A stretch of DNA of 64,000 bases, taken from contig QPMI01000075.1 of NCBI GenBank assembly GCA_004431415.1, forward strand, positions 54,642 to 118,641, written 5' to 3'. The translations under genes were made by a program, and so were the position numbers. The DNA is from Cyanophora paradoxa CCMP329. Lineage: Eukaryota; Plantae; Glaucophyta. The notes below the pieces were generated by a model. It saw only the letters and a program-made list of their open reading frames with translations, did no database searches and had not been told where the DNA came from. Below are positions 17,117-30,661 of the stretch, in pieces (within the stretch, counting starts at the first letter, position 1; each line of letters starts with the position of its first letter).

Positions 17117-17990
17117 GGCCGGCGCTGCGCTCGTCCAAGAGCGGTCCTCCTCGTGCGCGAGGGTGCGCTTGGTCGCCCTGATCCGCCGCCGAACCTCGGC
17201 CCAATCAAAGTGGGCGGTACCCGTCCGTCGATGTCAAGATGATCGACCCGGAGCCGCGCTTCCCCGACGCGTTCGATGTGCTGCCGCCGCCTCCGCTGCT
17301 CCGTCCCGCGACGGGCAGAGCGCCCTCGCGCGCAGCCGGCGCCGCGAGCGCGCCGCGCTCCGAGGCAGCGACGGGCACCGCGCGGGCCCGCGATTCCCTC
17401 TTTCATCTTAGCCATCGTCGAGAGCAAGTCGCGCGAGATGCATACGCGTCGCTCGATTCGCGCAGCCGGCCCTGATCGCCGCGCCTGCGCAGATCTAGAT
17501 CGGCCTGGCGGCGTTCAACCTGCGCGCCCCGTCCCTCGTGCTGAACCAGGCGAGCGATGCGGCGCTCTATAGCCGCCCTCTCGCATCGCTAAAAGCGCTG
17601 TGCAGTTCAAGGACGGAGGCCCGCGCCGCCATGGCCAGCGCCTCGCTTCCCCCTCCCTGAGCGCCGACCGCGGCTCCCGCGTGGCGCGCTTGCGCAGCCT
17701 CCTACATCTACGCACTCGGGCAACTCGAGGTCTACAACCCAAAGGAGGCCCGCACGCCCGCCTTAGAGCAAGCTGAGCTCCCCGGCCCGATCCCACGACG
17801 GCGCCGCGCGCGCGCAGGTGGTGGTGCCGGCGCTGGCGGGCCCCGAGACGAAGCTGCACGCGCTGCTGGGCTCGGCCGAGCTCGCGATCGAGTACCCCAT
17901 GGCCACCAGCCGCGTCGAGCTCCCCCGCCGCCTCTTCGACGAATCCGGATCCCACGGTCCGCCCGCCGCCGGCGCCCCGGGCCCGCGGCA
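17117..17990 (+). pseudogene. MSH4 pseudogene fragment: upstream region plus first exons and introns, an inverted copy of ~36735-37590
   Basis: Closely similar to the reverse complement of the MSH4 5' region (PEPRFPDAFDV..; VVVPALAGPETKLHALLGS); an extra T near 17401 shifts the frame; the copy is truncated. Confidence 0.9.
17202..17217 (+). promoter_or_regulatory. CCAAT box plus GC box in the GK / psi-MSH4 divergent promoter
   Basis: ccaatcaaagtgggcgg, also retained in the MSH4 upstream copy (ccaatcaaatcgggcgg on the minus strand near 37463-37479). Confidence 0.45.
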
Positions 17991-19104
17991 ATGCGCGCCG
18001 CCGGCACCGGTATATACGTATACGTACCCCGCGATCGCTTCCCGTGTCTCTAGCTATAGGCTGGGCGCCGGCCTTAAAGCTTCTCCTGACTCTAGGCCCT
18101 GAGGCTAGGCTCATGATGCGCGCATGCGGCCGTGTGCATGCCATGCACTCCCCCGTCGAGGTCCTCGCGGCGGGCTCGCGCTTCGAATTCGCGCCTCGAG
18201 GTCTAAAGGGAGGCCGCCTCTCCGCGCAGAAGTCCGCCTCGCGCTACGCGTCCCCACTGACCGCCACCGGTACCCCCCATAGGGCCGTCTGTGCATGCGC
18301 ATGCACTCCACGGCGCCCCATCATGGCATCGATATCGGCACGTGGCCCTCGCGCGCGATCCGCTGGCACCGCTGCGCATGCAGCCTTTCGGGCGGCGGCG
18401 AGTCGCCGGCGACGTCGACGCGTACGTCGACAATTGCAAGCCGTCACACGCGCTATCGATATCGGTATCCCCGCGAGGTCGATCGCGAGCATGCGCAGCC
18501 CAGGGTCCGGCCTCCCGAGTCCAGGCCTAGCCGCCTAGGGTCCGGCGGCGGACTCCGGCCTTCCTGAGAGATCATAGATCGAGAGTCCCAACTCCCGACT
18601 CCCGAGTCCGCTTCCGAAGTTCCGGTCCGGCCGCCAGCTGCAGCGCGCAAGGCAAGCTCCGCCCCCTGGTCGAGCTCGCGATCGAAGGGGCAGGATCTAG
18701 GAGGCGATCGCGAGGAACTACTTTGAATTTAATTTGTCGTGTGGCGAGAGTCCAAACGTCGAACGTATCCAGCGGCGATTCCAGCCTAGCCCGCCGCCTA
18801 GGCGCCGGCCAGGCTGCGCATGCGACTCATAGGAGTCCTAGCCTGGCAGTCCTAGGCCTGTCTCGAGCCCCGCTTCGGCACCGAGCTCGCGATCGAGCCT
18901 GCATGGCACCGCTTCGGCTTCGGCACTGATCATGATGTCGAGTCATTGTCGACCATGCATACAAGCTTTTGAGTCCAAATTTAAAGTTAAAGCTAAGATA
19001 TGCATATGCGAGCTCGAGATTGAGACACACTCAGTGACTGTGACATACTAGTACGTATACATGTGTGCAGCTGCTGCGCTGCAGCAGGCTGCAGCTCGCG
19101 CTCC

Positions 19105-19150
19105 TAATATCACTACCTACGGGGGGTTCGCCCCACCATAGTCTCTCAAA
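19105..19150 (+). repeat. Hairpin-containing ~45 bp repeat, copy 1 (short A tail)
   Basis: taatatcactacctacggggggttcgccccaccatagtctctcaaa, one mismatch to the copy at 30503. Confidence 0.85.
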
Positions 19151-21649
19151 TAAAGTCCGTTCTACGGTAGCTATAGGCTATAGCCTTGTAGCGGCAATGT
19201 AGCCTCGCTAGTGTGCGCAGTGCAAGCTGTGTGCAGTGGATCCGATCCCGGAGAGGCTGGGAGAGGCCCGGAGAGCCCGGCCGCGCCCGGCCCGGCCGCG
19301 GTGAAAAGAACGCCTGCTGCCAATTGGGGGTACTCGAGCTCCGGTCCTATAATTGCTTGCATGCATACTCCGTGTTCGCATATGAGCTCAAGATTCCGAG
19401 CGGGTAAGTCTCATGAAACGCAGAAGTCCTCTATCGACGTCGACGTGCACCAGGTAAGTTCAACGGTAGCACGACGAGTCGACGACGTGCACGAGTACGT
19501 ATACGTGACGACTCTGACGACTCAGTGACGAGTCACTGACGAGTCAGTGACGACGTTACCAGATCTAGACGGACGTCGACGACCAGTCGACGTCGTCGAC
19601 CGTCGGTCCGGCGTCGGACCACTCGACGCCGACGAGTCACTGAGTCGGCGACTCGGCGTCGGCGGTACGTCGCCGAGTCGCCGTCGACTCGCCGAGTCGT
19701 CGCTCAATTGCAAACGTTAACGTTGGCGGGGCCCCGAACACATGAAAGCATGCATTCTGAACTCTTCGTCTCATATGCAACTGCAACATGCAGTTTTATC
19801 TCGAAATTCGATTAAGCATTCGATAATTTGGTGTTGACGGAAAATTGGCCAGTATATATATATATTATAGATATTGCAGTTGGTGTTGATGGAAAACGGC
19901 CAATTAGAGTTTTTCGCACGCACATTTTTGTTATACTGACCTCAGGCAGTGTGGCACTACTAGCTATACTATGATAGTACTATGGCTGGTACTAAGTCAC
20001 GTGCACACTGAGTGGTACTCAGTGTGAGTAAGAAGTAGTACTAAGTGTGACTAGTACTGTCGAATCAGTGTCGAGCGCGCTGCGGGCCTGCCGCAGTACT
20101 AGTGCGGGCCTGCGGGCCTGGCTGCGGGACCGGCGCCCGGGCGGCCGGGTGCGGGCCTGCAGGCTGCGGCACGTGCCAGTCGATATCGGAAAGAAAACAT
20201 AATGTTTGCAATCACTGAGTCATTAAATGTTCAACGGTTTGCGGTGCATGCGCACTGCGGCATATATACTGCCGGCGATTGTGCCGTGGTGTTCTTAATG
20301 AGACGTCCACTTTTGCAAAAAAAACGGCTTGAGCAAGCCGGCTCGAGGGGGACGGGCCCCGGACGGCGCGGCCGGCTCGAGCCGGCGAGCCGGCGAGCCG
20401 GCTAGGTATTTTATATATAGTATTTTATATTATTGGAAACGGTATATCGAATATTACACATGGCGAGGACGGCGTACCCCCACCCTCGAGCGGGCTCGAG
20501 CCGGCAATTTGCGCTCGAGCCCCACGGCCCGGCGGTCCCCACCTCTACCGGTAGTCTCTCACTGTCTCTGCCATGGCCAGTGCGGCAGGCAGCCGGCGCC
20601 TGGCAGGCTGTGGCAGGCTGGCAGCTGCAGCCTGCAGGCTGCCGCAGTCACTGAGTGCTGCCTGTACAGGCTGTACTACAAGTAGTGTTACTAGCTATAT
20701 AGTGTACTGTTTACCACTAGTAGTGTACTGTTTACCGTAGTACATGTGGGCCGTGACAGCAACTGCACCTGGCAGCCTGCAGCTGTGGCAGGCAGTGGCA
20801 GCGCAACTCACTGAGTCAGTGTGCCGCAGTGAGTGCAGAGTCACTGCAGACCTTGCCGCGTCGGACCTTGCGAGACCTTGCGCGCGAGACCTTGCAATTG
20901 CGGCCTGCACGAACTCGAAACTGCGATCGGCAGCAGCGCAGCAGCGCATGCAGCTGCTGAGTCGGCGCCGCTGAGCTGCCGCAGTGCAACTACTGTCAGT
21001 ACTGCGCACGCTTGCAATTGCGTAGTGCACTGAAGCACCAGTCGCCCGAGCGCACGTGCCGCAATTCCGAAGTTCGCCGACGTTATAATCAACATGGTCA
21101 CTGGTAGGGTCCCATCCTCATGCATAAATACGCATGAACGCTGATCATGCTCGGTCCGACCAGGAGCGCGACCGGAGGTCAGAAGCGCAGGGGGAGCGCA
21201 ATCTTACCCGCCTCCGGAGCCAGCTCGGCTTCAGGGGGGGGATGCGGTCCACGCATCTGTCCATGCATATGGTGGGCCAAGGCCAGGTAGTAGGCCTACG
21301 CATCCAGGTGCGATGTCGAGCCCTGCCGCAGTGCGCGCGTGGCCCACTGGCCGCGCGCCTTTGAGCAACGCCTTCCGAGTCCGACATCATTCCACATGAT
21401 CAGAGTATTCGACGCGTACGGGCATACAACACACAAGCTCGATGGTTAAGGACTTAACGAATTCGAAGCCGACGTCCGCGAGTCAGCCGCAAATGTCAGG
21501 CATGTACCGTAGTACTTGCAATTGATCATGAGATGCATACATATGCATATATATACATATTCATGCTCGCATCTATATACGTATGCAATGCATATCTATA
21601 GCTAGCTAATCTGTTTCTTGGTTTATTGAAATGCATATAATCCGCACTG

Positions 21650-24600
21650 ATGCGCGCGCGCGGCGCATGCGCAGATCCGCCCGGACCCGCTTACGACAGG
21701 ATCCGGCGCAAAATCGTTGACGGAACCCCAGAGAGCTTGATACAAAAGCTCGATATCAGCCTTGCCACCCGGCGGAAGTTCGGTACCCTTCGTCAATTCC
21801 TCTGTGTGCTGGTTCTCGCTGGCGTGCTGGTACGTTGCGAGCTGCCGCAATTGATCTTGATGGCATGCACGTGCGTGCGCATTTACAAGTTTCGCGATCG
21901 CAGCTCTTCCTTTTCGTCAGCCTTATTCAACATGGAACGACAAAGGACGGATGTAAGGTGCTCTTCCGCAGATGATCTTGAGACCTCATCTGCACGAATT
22001 GCAATTGCAGCTGCATTATCAGCACAGATCTAGCTGTTTTGTGTCCTCGGGCTCTAGATCTCATGCATTCCAACTGATTGTTTTCATTTCGTCAGGATTT
22101 CGATGCCACGCGACGTTTTACAATCGTGTCGGATAATTGCAGAGTCCTGTTTACTGCTCAAAACCGGCCGGATGAGACTGTACGCAATGGACCGTCGACA
22201 CTGCGAGCTTGCGTTGAGATCGACGGCGGTCAATGGCCTATGTGAGTTCTAGCAATAATCATTATGATCAACCATGCGCTAGGACTGCCTCCGCCTCACG
22301 ATCAAATATATATTTGCAATGAATTTGATCGGAGTTGGAATCATGAACAATTGCAATCATCGAAAAACAAAATTTGAATCCTTTCGCAGATCGCAGCGAA
22401 ATCCCCCAATCGCAGACCTAAATACGAACACGCTCAAAATTGTGGTGCGGAGTTAACTTTGCGCCTTCGAGCCCGTGATCACGGTGGTTGATGTTGCAAT
22501 TGTTGCGCTTTAGAATCAAAGATTCTTGGGCGGAGGTCTGACGGACCGGTTAGCGAATTCTTTTGGGGTGCAGTCGAATGACATGGAGCAAAAAGGCGGC
22601 CTTCGAGACTTCATGGAATGGTCCGCCGAATTCGAAATTCAAAACTCTGCTTGAACTTCGGCGCGCCTATTATTGCAAGGTTCGCCCGTGGCCAACAACT
22701 CCTGTGCCATGGTGCAGGTCGTGCACGGTCTGGATCGAGTGGAGTGGCAACCTTCCGCCCGTGAACATATCCTCTGTTCCCTCGCCAGCGAACGTGGAGT
22801 ACCTTCCCGGTGCACGGGATGCGCCGATGCGCCTAGGCTTATAAAATTAGTCGACCAAAGCGGAAGTGACGCGGCGCCAGGTACTATCGTCAAAAACTGC
22901 CAGTACTACGGGGACGAAAAGGTCTGCCCTCCAAGAAAGAGAACGGAGGGTGTTGGAATCGGAGCAGTCTTCCAGCCGGACGCGGAGCTCCACATCGAAG
23001 GTGACTTTCATGCTCTCGTTCAAACACGTTAACGTTGCAGTGGCAGTTTAATTTACCATAATCAATTAAAACGACGACGGCGTGCGCAGGCCCTGATTTG
23101 CGCGTGCACCTGGATGGAGTCGTCGTCGACAAGCTAGCCGTCATCGATACGAAAAGATCGGCTTTCTTCATGTCCACTAGGCAGCAGATCACAGATGCGA
23201 AAGTGGAGCTCGCAGACGGTAATTTCCAGCTTTGGCAGCCGGTCAGTTGCGGAAACTTGATCGTGTGATTAAATTGATTGCGTCGTTGATGTCTGACTTA
23301 TGCGCCGCTGAATGCAGGAGCCCTTCTGTGCTACTGTCCAGCCTCCTGCCGAAGGTTTCTTGAGCGAAAACGGAGGGGGCTCGTGCTTCTTCGGTGATTC
23401 GGTCACCAATGTCAGCACTATTCCGGATCCGGATCCTGCCTTTCACGGCGCCAGCGTTGCGTGGTCGATTGGGAACTCGGCTGCAAGCTCTTGCACCCCT
23501 GAGAGATTCAAGGTTACCGCGAGTGGCAGGAGCGCCAGAATTCAGCTGGAGGCCAAATTGCGGTTCGACGGTCTGAGCCAAAATGCATACCCGGATCTTG
23601 TCAGCACTACGCCGGTGAGATCGAAATTTGCTTAAGCTTTCAGCTGATCGGCATCTGCGCTGACTGTCACCTGCAGGCAGCATTTAGCCTAATCAAGGAT
23701 CTGAAATGGGGGCAGCCTTCCGCAGCCACTCCGTATAGAATCAGCAATGCTGAGGTCGAAACGATGCGTTCTTTGTTCAACAAAGACGACACTTCCGTCG
23801 GATATGTTTTCTCTTTGCCATCGGACTACGTATCATTCGTCGACACTGGTGCATTCAATGCTTTAATTTCAATAGTTTTGTCTGCATTCGAATTCGACTC
23901 TCGGTGTTTTCTCGGAATTCGAATTCTTTCTAACGATTATTACTTAATGCAGATCACGCCGCCACCGACATCGTTGGACAGTGGCTGGCTGTATCAAACA
24001 CGATGTATGAGCTCATGAGGCCGCAGAATCTCGTCCTGGTGCGTGGGGTCGTTTTCATTCTTCGTTGTCTTCGATTGCGATCTCGTGTACGTATTCATCA
24101 AGCGCAGATTACCGGCGGCCTGCTCTACCCCACGAAAACGCTTCTTCCTGTCGTTGTCATCCCGCCTTGCCCTTCGTGGTCCTACAACCCGCTGAGGACC
24201 CTCGCCAACGATCCGAGGGCGGCGGAGAAACTTCCCACGATTACGGAATCGCAGTTGTTCGGGATAATTGACGAGAACATTCTGGAGATGCCGAAGGGCA
24301 GCAACATGGCACTTGTGCGCGGAGCAGTTGGTGGTGACTCGTACTTGCTCAAGAAGACCAACAACGATTACTGGAAGACCGACACGATCAACTCCCTTCG
24401 TTCGAGATCCAAGGTCTTCCTCGCCCTACTCGTGCTCACTGGAGTTCTCAGCGTGGGGCTTCTCACGCTCTTCATCACTCTCCTCGTATTGTTCGTAAAG
24501 CTTGCTTTATCCTATGAAACCGCAAAATTCGTTTAATATCTTCAGAATCGCACCTCTTTTGACTCAAGCTACGCGATCGCCCGCAGATTTGCCCGCAAAA

Positions 24601-27600
24601 CGACCACCAGCCTCGTCAACAAGGGCAACAAGGCTTACAACGACATTTTGAGTTTGAAACGACTGCGACACAAGCGTGAACACACGCACGATGCAGACGA
24701 CGAGGAGGAGCTCATGAATACGGCGAAAAGCTCTTCAGCGAATCCAGCGACCCCGAAACAAGACTGGGAAGACGTTGACCTGGAAAAAGAGATGGGCGAA
24801 TATGAACATGAGTTGAGCCGTGTGCAGCGATACAAATTGCGACTGCTAAACTTCCTCGTCGCGAGCAACATGAGTCGTCTTTTCTTGCTGGTTGACATAT
24901 CGCTTTTGCTCGACCAAGTGCAAAATAAGGCCCGTCGTCAGGAGAAGACGCTTGAATCAAAGGAGCACACCGACAGGCAAGATGGAGACCTTGAGGCAAA
25001 CACCGTAAGCGGCGGCCTTCTCGATCAGTATGGCGCGAAGCAGCAAGGCGTTTACGTCGAGAACGTCGACGTCATGCATAGCCACAGTGCGCTGAGCGAT
25101 TCCGGATCTGAACTATAGCTCGGATCCGAGTCGTCTGAGCGACGGTAATCTGCAGGAAAGCCGGACGAACGCGACCCCGATGAGTCGTTTTTCAGGTCTC
25201 TCTTCAACAAACGATGGAAGCGCGACCTTCTGTCCTTCTCGCTTCATATATGTAATTATTTCGTGTTTCAATGCATATGCAAAAGCGCCGAATTTCTGAA
25301 TTCGGTCATTGAATTACATACTGCAGGTGTCATCATCTTTCCGACACTTCCTGTGCTCGTAGCAGTGTGGGGCTACAATGTCGCTTGGGCGGACTTCGAT
25401 TTCACCACCAACACCGCTGCGGAGGACTGGGAGCAATCCACTACAAGCCGAATAGATTACAGGGCGAGCTCAGATTATGAACTTCTTCCTGTGTTTCCGT
25501 TTTGTGAGTGCCTGCAGGTGACAATATACACTGCTGTCTACAGCGCGGCGATAGGAGTCTACGTGTTCTCGTTGGTGCGATCATTGTATCAACTGCATCG
25601 CATGCATACTCACAAGAACCCGCAAATCGCTGACCGCGGCATGCATTGTGTGCAGACTTCTCTCTGCAGGTGATTCAATTTGAATTGAGGCTGCAGCTGG
25701 AGAAATTGAGGATATGTCATATTAATACTTCAGCGCGCAGGTACTACTTCCTGAAACAATCGGCCGCGCAAGCCAAGGCAGAAGCCAAGGAAGCTCCCGC
25801 TTCCGACTCGAAAAAACAGGAACAGCTGTCGGACCAGCCATCAGGAAACACTGTGACTAGAGCCTTTCAGACATTCTTAAACGGTGGTTCAGCCGGCTCC
25901 CAACTCCGGAATCTGAAGGGGTTTGGGGGCTGGTTTCAACGGAGTTGGCTTGTTGGCTGCATGAGCTCGGTAAGTCTGGCTTTTGATCATCCATGATCAA
26001 GCGGTTCGTGCGCACATCATTCATGATCAAGCGGTTGTTCGGCAGATTGGTTTCCTCGGATGGCTTGTGTTTCTTTTCGTTTCTCTGATTGGCATCTCTG
26101 TAATGACACTCTGGGTCCGCCAAGCTGAAGGCCCGATAACATGATTTCGCATTCTCAAAGCACTCTCAGGTTCTTCTCGGAACAATTCTGAAGCCAGAAC
26201 GGGTTATTCCTTACTGCGTGGCCATCGGCGCATTCTATGCGCACATCGGGGTGAGCTGCGCACTTTCCCCTGAAAGCTGAACAATCTCTAGATCTAACGC
26301 ATTCTTGGAATTAAATCAGTTCCTGTGGAAGTTCCTTCAAAAAGTTCGCAACACTATAGAAGAAGAGCTCAACAAACTTCGGAACAGAATTAGAGATACA
26401 TTGGGCCTACTGAACCGCTGGATGGTGATTGCCAACGGACTTATCAACGAAAAAGAGGTAGAAGAGAAACTCAAGGAGAGTACTGCACCTGTTCTCCAGC
26501 GGGTAACACAAGGGCTGAAAGACCTGGATGCAAATGCTTCAAACAGATTCAATGTAGCGACGAACGGCAATTATTTTCAGGTTCGCTTGATTATAATTCT
26601 TGACGCTTGGACCAAATCCAGAAAAATGTGTTCAAACGCGCAATCTGAATTGTGATTGGGGCATCCAGCGCGTCGACGAGCTTAAGGAGAAGATAAAAGA
26701 TAAAGGCTCGAGGATTCAGTTCTTTGGAGCGTCCAGCAAAGGCTTCCTCGAAAGTCTGGATTATATTAGCCGTGAACTGGTGATCCACAATGAAGACGAT
26801 TGTGATTGCACATTACCGATTAGGCCTGCGCAGGAGAGTGCTTTCAAGCCTAAAGAAGACGGCACATTCCCCTTGAAACAGTGTGAGGAGGCGCTGATCA
26901 AGAAGCCGGTATTAATATTCTTACGTATACATTCCACATCTGTCCTACTGACGTAACACATGTAAATAACCGTTGTCGACCGCCCCCGCGCAGGGCTCGC
27001 AAGTCCAAGGCCCGGGTGCGGAGAGTGCCGAAAAGGTCCCCTGTCCCCCCCCCCCCCCCCCTTCCCCCCCGCGGGTCCCCCTTTTTTGCATGACCGAGAA
27101 TGACTGAGATTCGCACGCGCAGAACGCCGGCGCCACCGGCGCCAAGCCCCAGGACACAACTCGAGGAAATCTAGCAAATCTTCTCGAAAAGAAACAGGAA
27201 TTGACAGTGAAAAAGAGGAAGTTCGCAAATGCGCGGGCACAGATCGAAAATCCTCTCGCGAATGCATTCTCCAAGGTAGGTTTGCGTTGCCTGAAGCGTG
27301 CAGCCCGCAGCGCTACCTCGCAAGCCAGAACCTCACTTTGGAGTTGCAGCTTGAAGACATCTACACCAAACAGCTTCTGGATGGTGCGAAAGTCAAGGAC
27401 GATCCTTCCAAAGTGAAAGACTGCTTCCAAAGAATCCGCAACCTGGTTTGCTCTCGGGCGGCCCAACTTTAGCTTCAAGACAAGCTCTTTTATTACCGTA
27501 TACGTAGTACTGATGCCGGCACGCGCTGCAGGTCAAAGACCCTCCCGAGCAATTCGCAAGAAGTCTCCAGACTGAACTCGAGAACTTGAGAGGGTGGGCT

Positions 27601-29306
27601 TCTACTGCAAAGGTACATTAGATATTACTAAGTTAATTTTAGTTAATAGTAATAAATGTTTAGCGGGTTCGCTCCAAACGCGCGCAGCACGTCCTGGGCG
27701 CCCGTTCCATCGCCACTGACACTGTTAATGTTGTCAGACCAACGACCTGGAAATTTTCCAACAACTTATGAACTGCATCGCCGGGGCCAGATGCGTCTTG
27801 GCAGCGACAGTGCGCATCCTGTATTAATTACTCGCACCTTTTGTCGACGTCCTCTTGCGCGTCTACAGGCAAAGGATCTTGAGAGCTATGCTAGCGACAT
27901 TTTGAGAGAATTGCAGGCGGTCACACGCTTCCTCATCATAAGTAAACTAAAGAATGTGAGCATGCGCTCCCTGCCCCCAGGCCTACCGCACTGTTCACGA
28001 ATTAAATTCGGATTCGTGCACAGCGCTTCATGCTCATTATCATCTTGGCAAAGCGTGGATTTAATGACGGTGTCGATAGGGCGCTTATGGAAAATCAAGC
28101 GCGTGGAGGTATTTCATTTGCAATATATATATATATATTGAATCAGTCGAAGCTGCAGCTGGCCTGACGTGCGAGCCCAGGTACCGGTGCCAGCGCTGGC
28201 GCCGGATCCGGAACTGGCGCCAATTGGCCAGAGGCGAATTCGACCCCCTTGCAACCGGCACCAACGCCGGCCTCCCTCCCTCAGCCGGCCTCGGGCAATG
28301 CCGTGGCAACGGAGAGCCCGGGATTCCCGGCCGATCCAAAGGACATCAATGCGACACAAGAGGAAAAAGAGCAAGCGGAGAAAATCATCAGGGAATTCGG
28401 CGACAGTACGTTCCACCTTATAATTATGCTTTGATTCGCAATCGTGATCGGGCGCATGCGCAGAGATGAAAATCTTCATGGAGGCGATCAAGACGGTGTT
28501 CATGCCCCAGGCCCGCGGGTTCATCTCCATGCAGTCGCGCTTCGCCGTCGGTGACGCGAAATCCATCCTCGTCTCCTCCGTCTATCTCATCATCCTGTTC
28601 ATCTTTATCTTCGTCGGGATTGCCGCGTGCGCCCAAACGCTTGTACTACATTCTCTACTACGCTGTCTTCGAGGTTAAATTTCAAAGTTAATGTCTACTA
28701 CCCTGAATCAGGTTCGGCGTCCCCGGCTACATCACGGCGGGAATCAACTGCGTTCTCGCTGGTGGCGCAGCGCTTGTCACGAACAGATCCGCCCAGAACA
28801 GCGTACGTGCCTCCCCCGCTCGAACGACAGACGTCGACAATAAATACAAGCCACGGATCCGAACGCATACTGTTGCGCAGGAGGTGAACAACATTGACGG
28901 CGGAACTCTGGGTTTGTCTATCTCATTCCATATCTGCAATGCGCCCTGCAACTGATTCTAAATCGCAGGGAGGTTTGCCGAGCGCGCCACGAAGGTCAGC
29001 GAGAAGATCCGGGCGAAGATCGACGGCCTGTTCGGGTCGTTCAACCAGCTGGTCGACAAGGCTGTCGGCGCGAAGGCGTTCCAGCTGCTGCAGTCCAATG
29101 AGATCAAAATCGATGAATTTGCCAACAGCGATCTGGAGAAGTTTCTCCCACTGCTCCTCGCCGCGATGCCCTCCAAGGAGGAGCTCTTCGACCTGTTCAA
29201 GGAGACCGCCGCGAAAAAGAACGACAGGATCACGGGCATGGGCGTCGAGGCTTCCGCGGCCGCCGACAATTCAAAGCACGTTGTTGCGCAAACGCAGTCA
29301 GTGTAG
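21650..29306 (+). CDS. Very large multi-exon multi-pass membrane protein of unknown function (start uncertain, ~21.1-21.9 kb)
   Basis: A chain of GT/GC..AG-bounded coding blocks on +; TM segments FLALLVLTGVLSVGLLTLFITLLVLF, VLLGTILKPERVIPYCVAIGAFY, VSSVYLIILFIFIFVGIA; the last exon ends VAQTQSV* at 29306. Visibly lower GC than the flanking genes. Confidence 0.65.
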
Positions 29307-29849
29307 TTACTGTTAGCGTTATCTATCGCAGCCGTTGCCTGCACAGACAATTGCAGTCGCAGCTGCAGTTGCATGTTAAGCTATCGCTTAAGCTTGTTAC
29401 AAGTTAGCTCATTCATTCTACCTAGTCTGGCAGAAATCGGAACCGCAGACCGTCGGACGCCCCGCGATGGAATCATAGCTAGCGCGTCATGGTGAATCAA
29501 ATTTTGTCGCAATAGAAGTTAGCTGGTTCGAATATTGGCATCGTTTCGATGAAACTATGACACGCACTTTAGATGTACTTCGGTCATAGCGTATACGTAT
29601 CATAGCTAGCCTGCTTCAGCTGGAGCTTGCCCATGCATTCAAGCTCGCAATGGAAGCTAAGCTGTTTTGACAGTCTAGATGTACTAGGGCTTCTTCAACA
29701 CGTCGCTAATTCGTATACGTATACATTGTAGCTGCCCCGCATACGTCCACTGACCCGCCATAAATGTATGCGATTTGAAATTTATATATATAATTTAGTG
29801 CTTTGATGCCACGGGACATTTATAGTTCAACGGTGGGCACTGACTTTTG

Positions 29850-30559
29850 GGTCAGACGGTTTCTGGCGGGGGACCGGAGGCGAACGATTTAATTTGGTAC
29901 GAAGATGGGCCCAGCGCGAGAATATTTGCCTCTCCCGCCTGGTTCAGCCCCATCGTCTGCCTTCCCTGTCACTACTGGCTTGCGTTTCGCCCCTCCTCTT
30001 ATACTGCCGATTCCGAGTCTGCACCCGAGCTCTGCCCCTTTCCTCGTGTCGTCCCCAGTTCCTCAGATTAGTCTTCAGCCGTCCATTGTTTTACCAACTC
30101 TACAATCTCGATTCCGTTTAGACACTCCGCCAGCTTCGACTTTCCCTCTAGTGGTGTCCTACGTTTCGCCTCTCCTACTGTTCTACCGCCTTTGCCTCCT
30201 GCGACTACGTCTTCTAGTTCTGCTGTTAGCTCTGTCTTGTCGTCTTCGTCTAGATCTTCGTCTTCGACTGTAGTTCCTCGTGCTCGTTCTCCTTATTTGC
30301 TGCGTCCCGTGCTCCTCGTCGTTCTAGTGTGACTAGTACTTCTGCATCGACGCCCTTGAGCTCTTCTACTCCTTCTCCTCGTGCTCGTTCTCCTTATCTT
30401 TTGCGTTCTTCTGATCGTGTCCTTTCTCGTGATCCCTCTTGATTCTGTATATATTTTGTGCTAGTTTACTGTATCTTTGATTTGTGATTGCTTTGTTGTC
30501 TTTAATATCACTACCTACGGGGGGTTCGCCCCACCGTAGTCTCTCAAAAAAAAAAAAAA
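29850..30559 (+). mobile_element. Probable retroposon (SINE/LINE) 3' remnant ending in hairpin plus poly(A)
   Basis: Strongly pyrimidine-skewed body, then CTACGG-GGGG-TTCG-CCCC-A-CCGTAG stem-loop, TCTCTC and A14 (30546-30559). The 5' boundary is uncertain and I found no TSD. Confidence 0.5.
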
Positions 30560-30661
30560 GAATTTTGAAGGCTTCGAAAATTCTAGATATACGTTTGAGA
30601 GCGCGAGCTCGTTCATAAAATTTGAAGCGACTTGAGCGATCGCGATCGCATGCGGGCTCCC

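Noticed and set aside
30036-30066. Hammerhead ribozyme (CTGAGGA..GAAA on the minus strand)
   Set aside because: The intervening bases do not form stem II.
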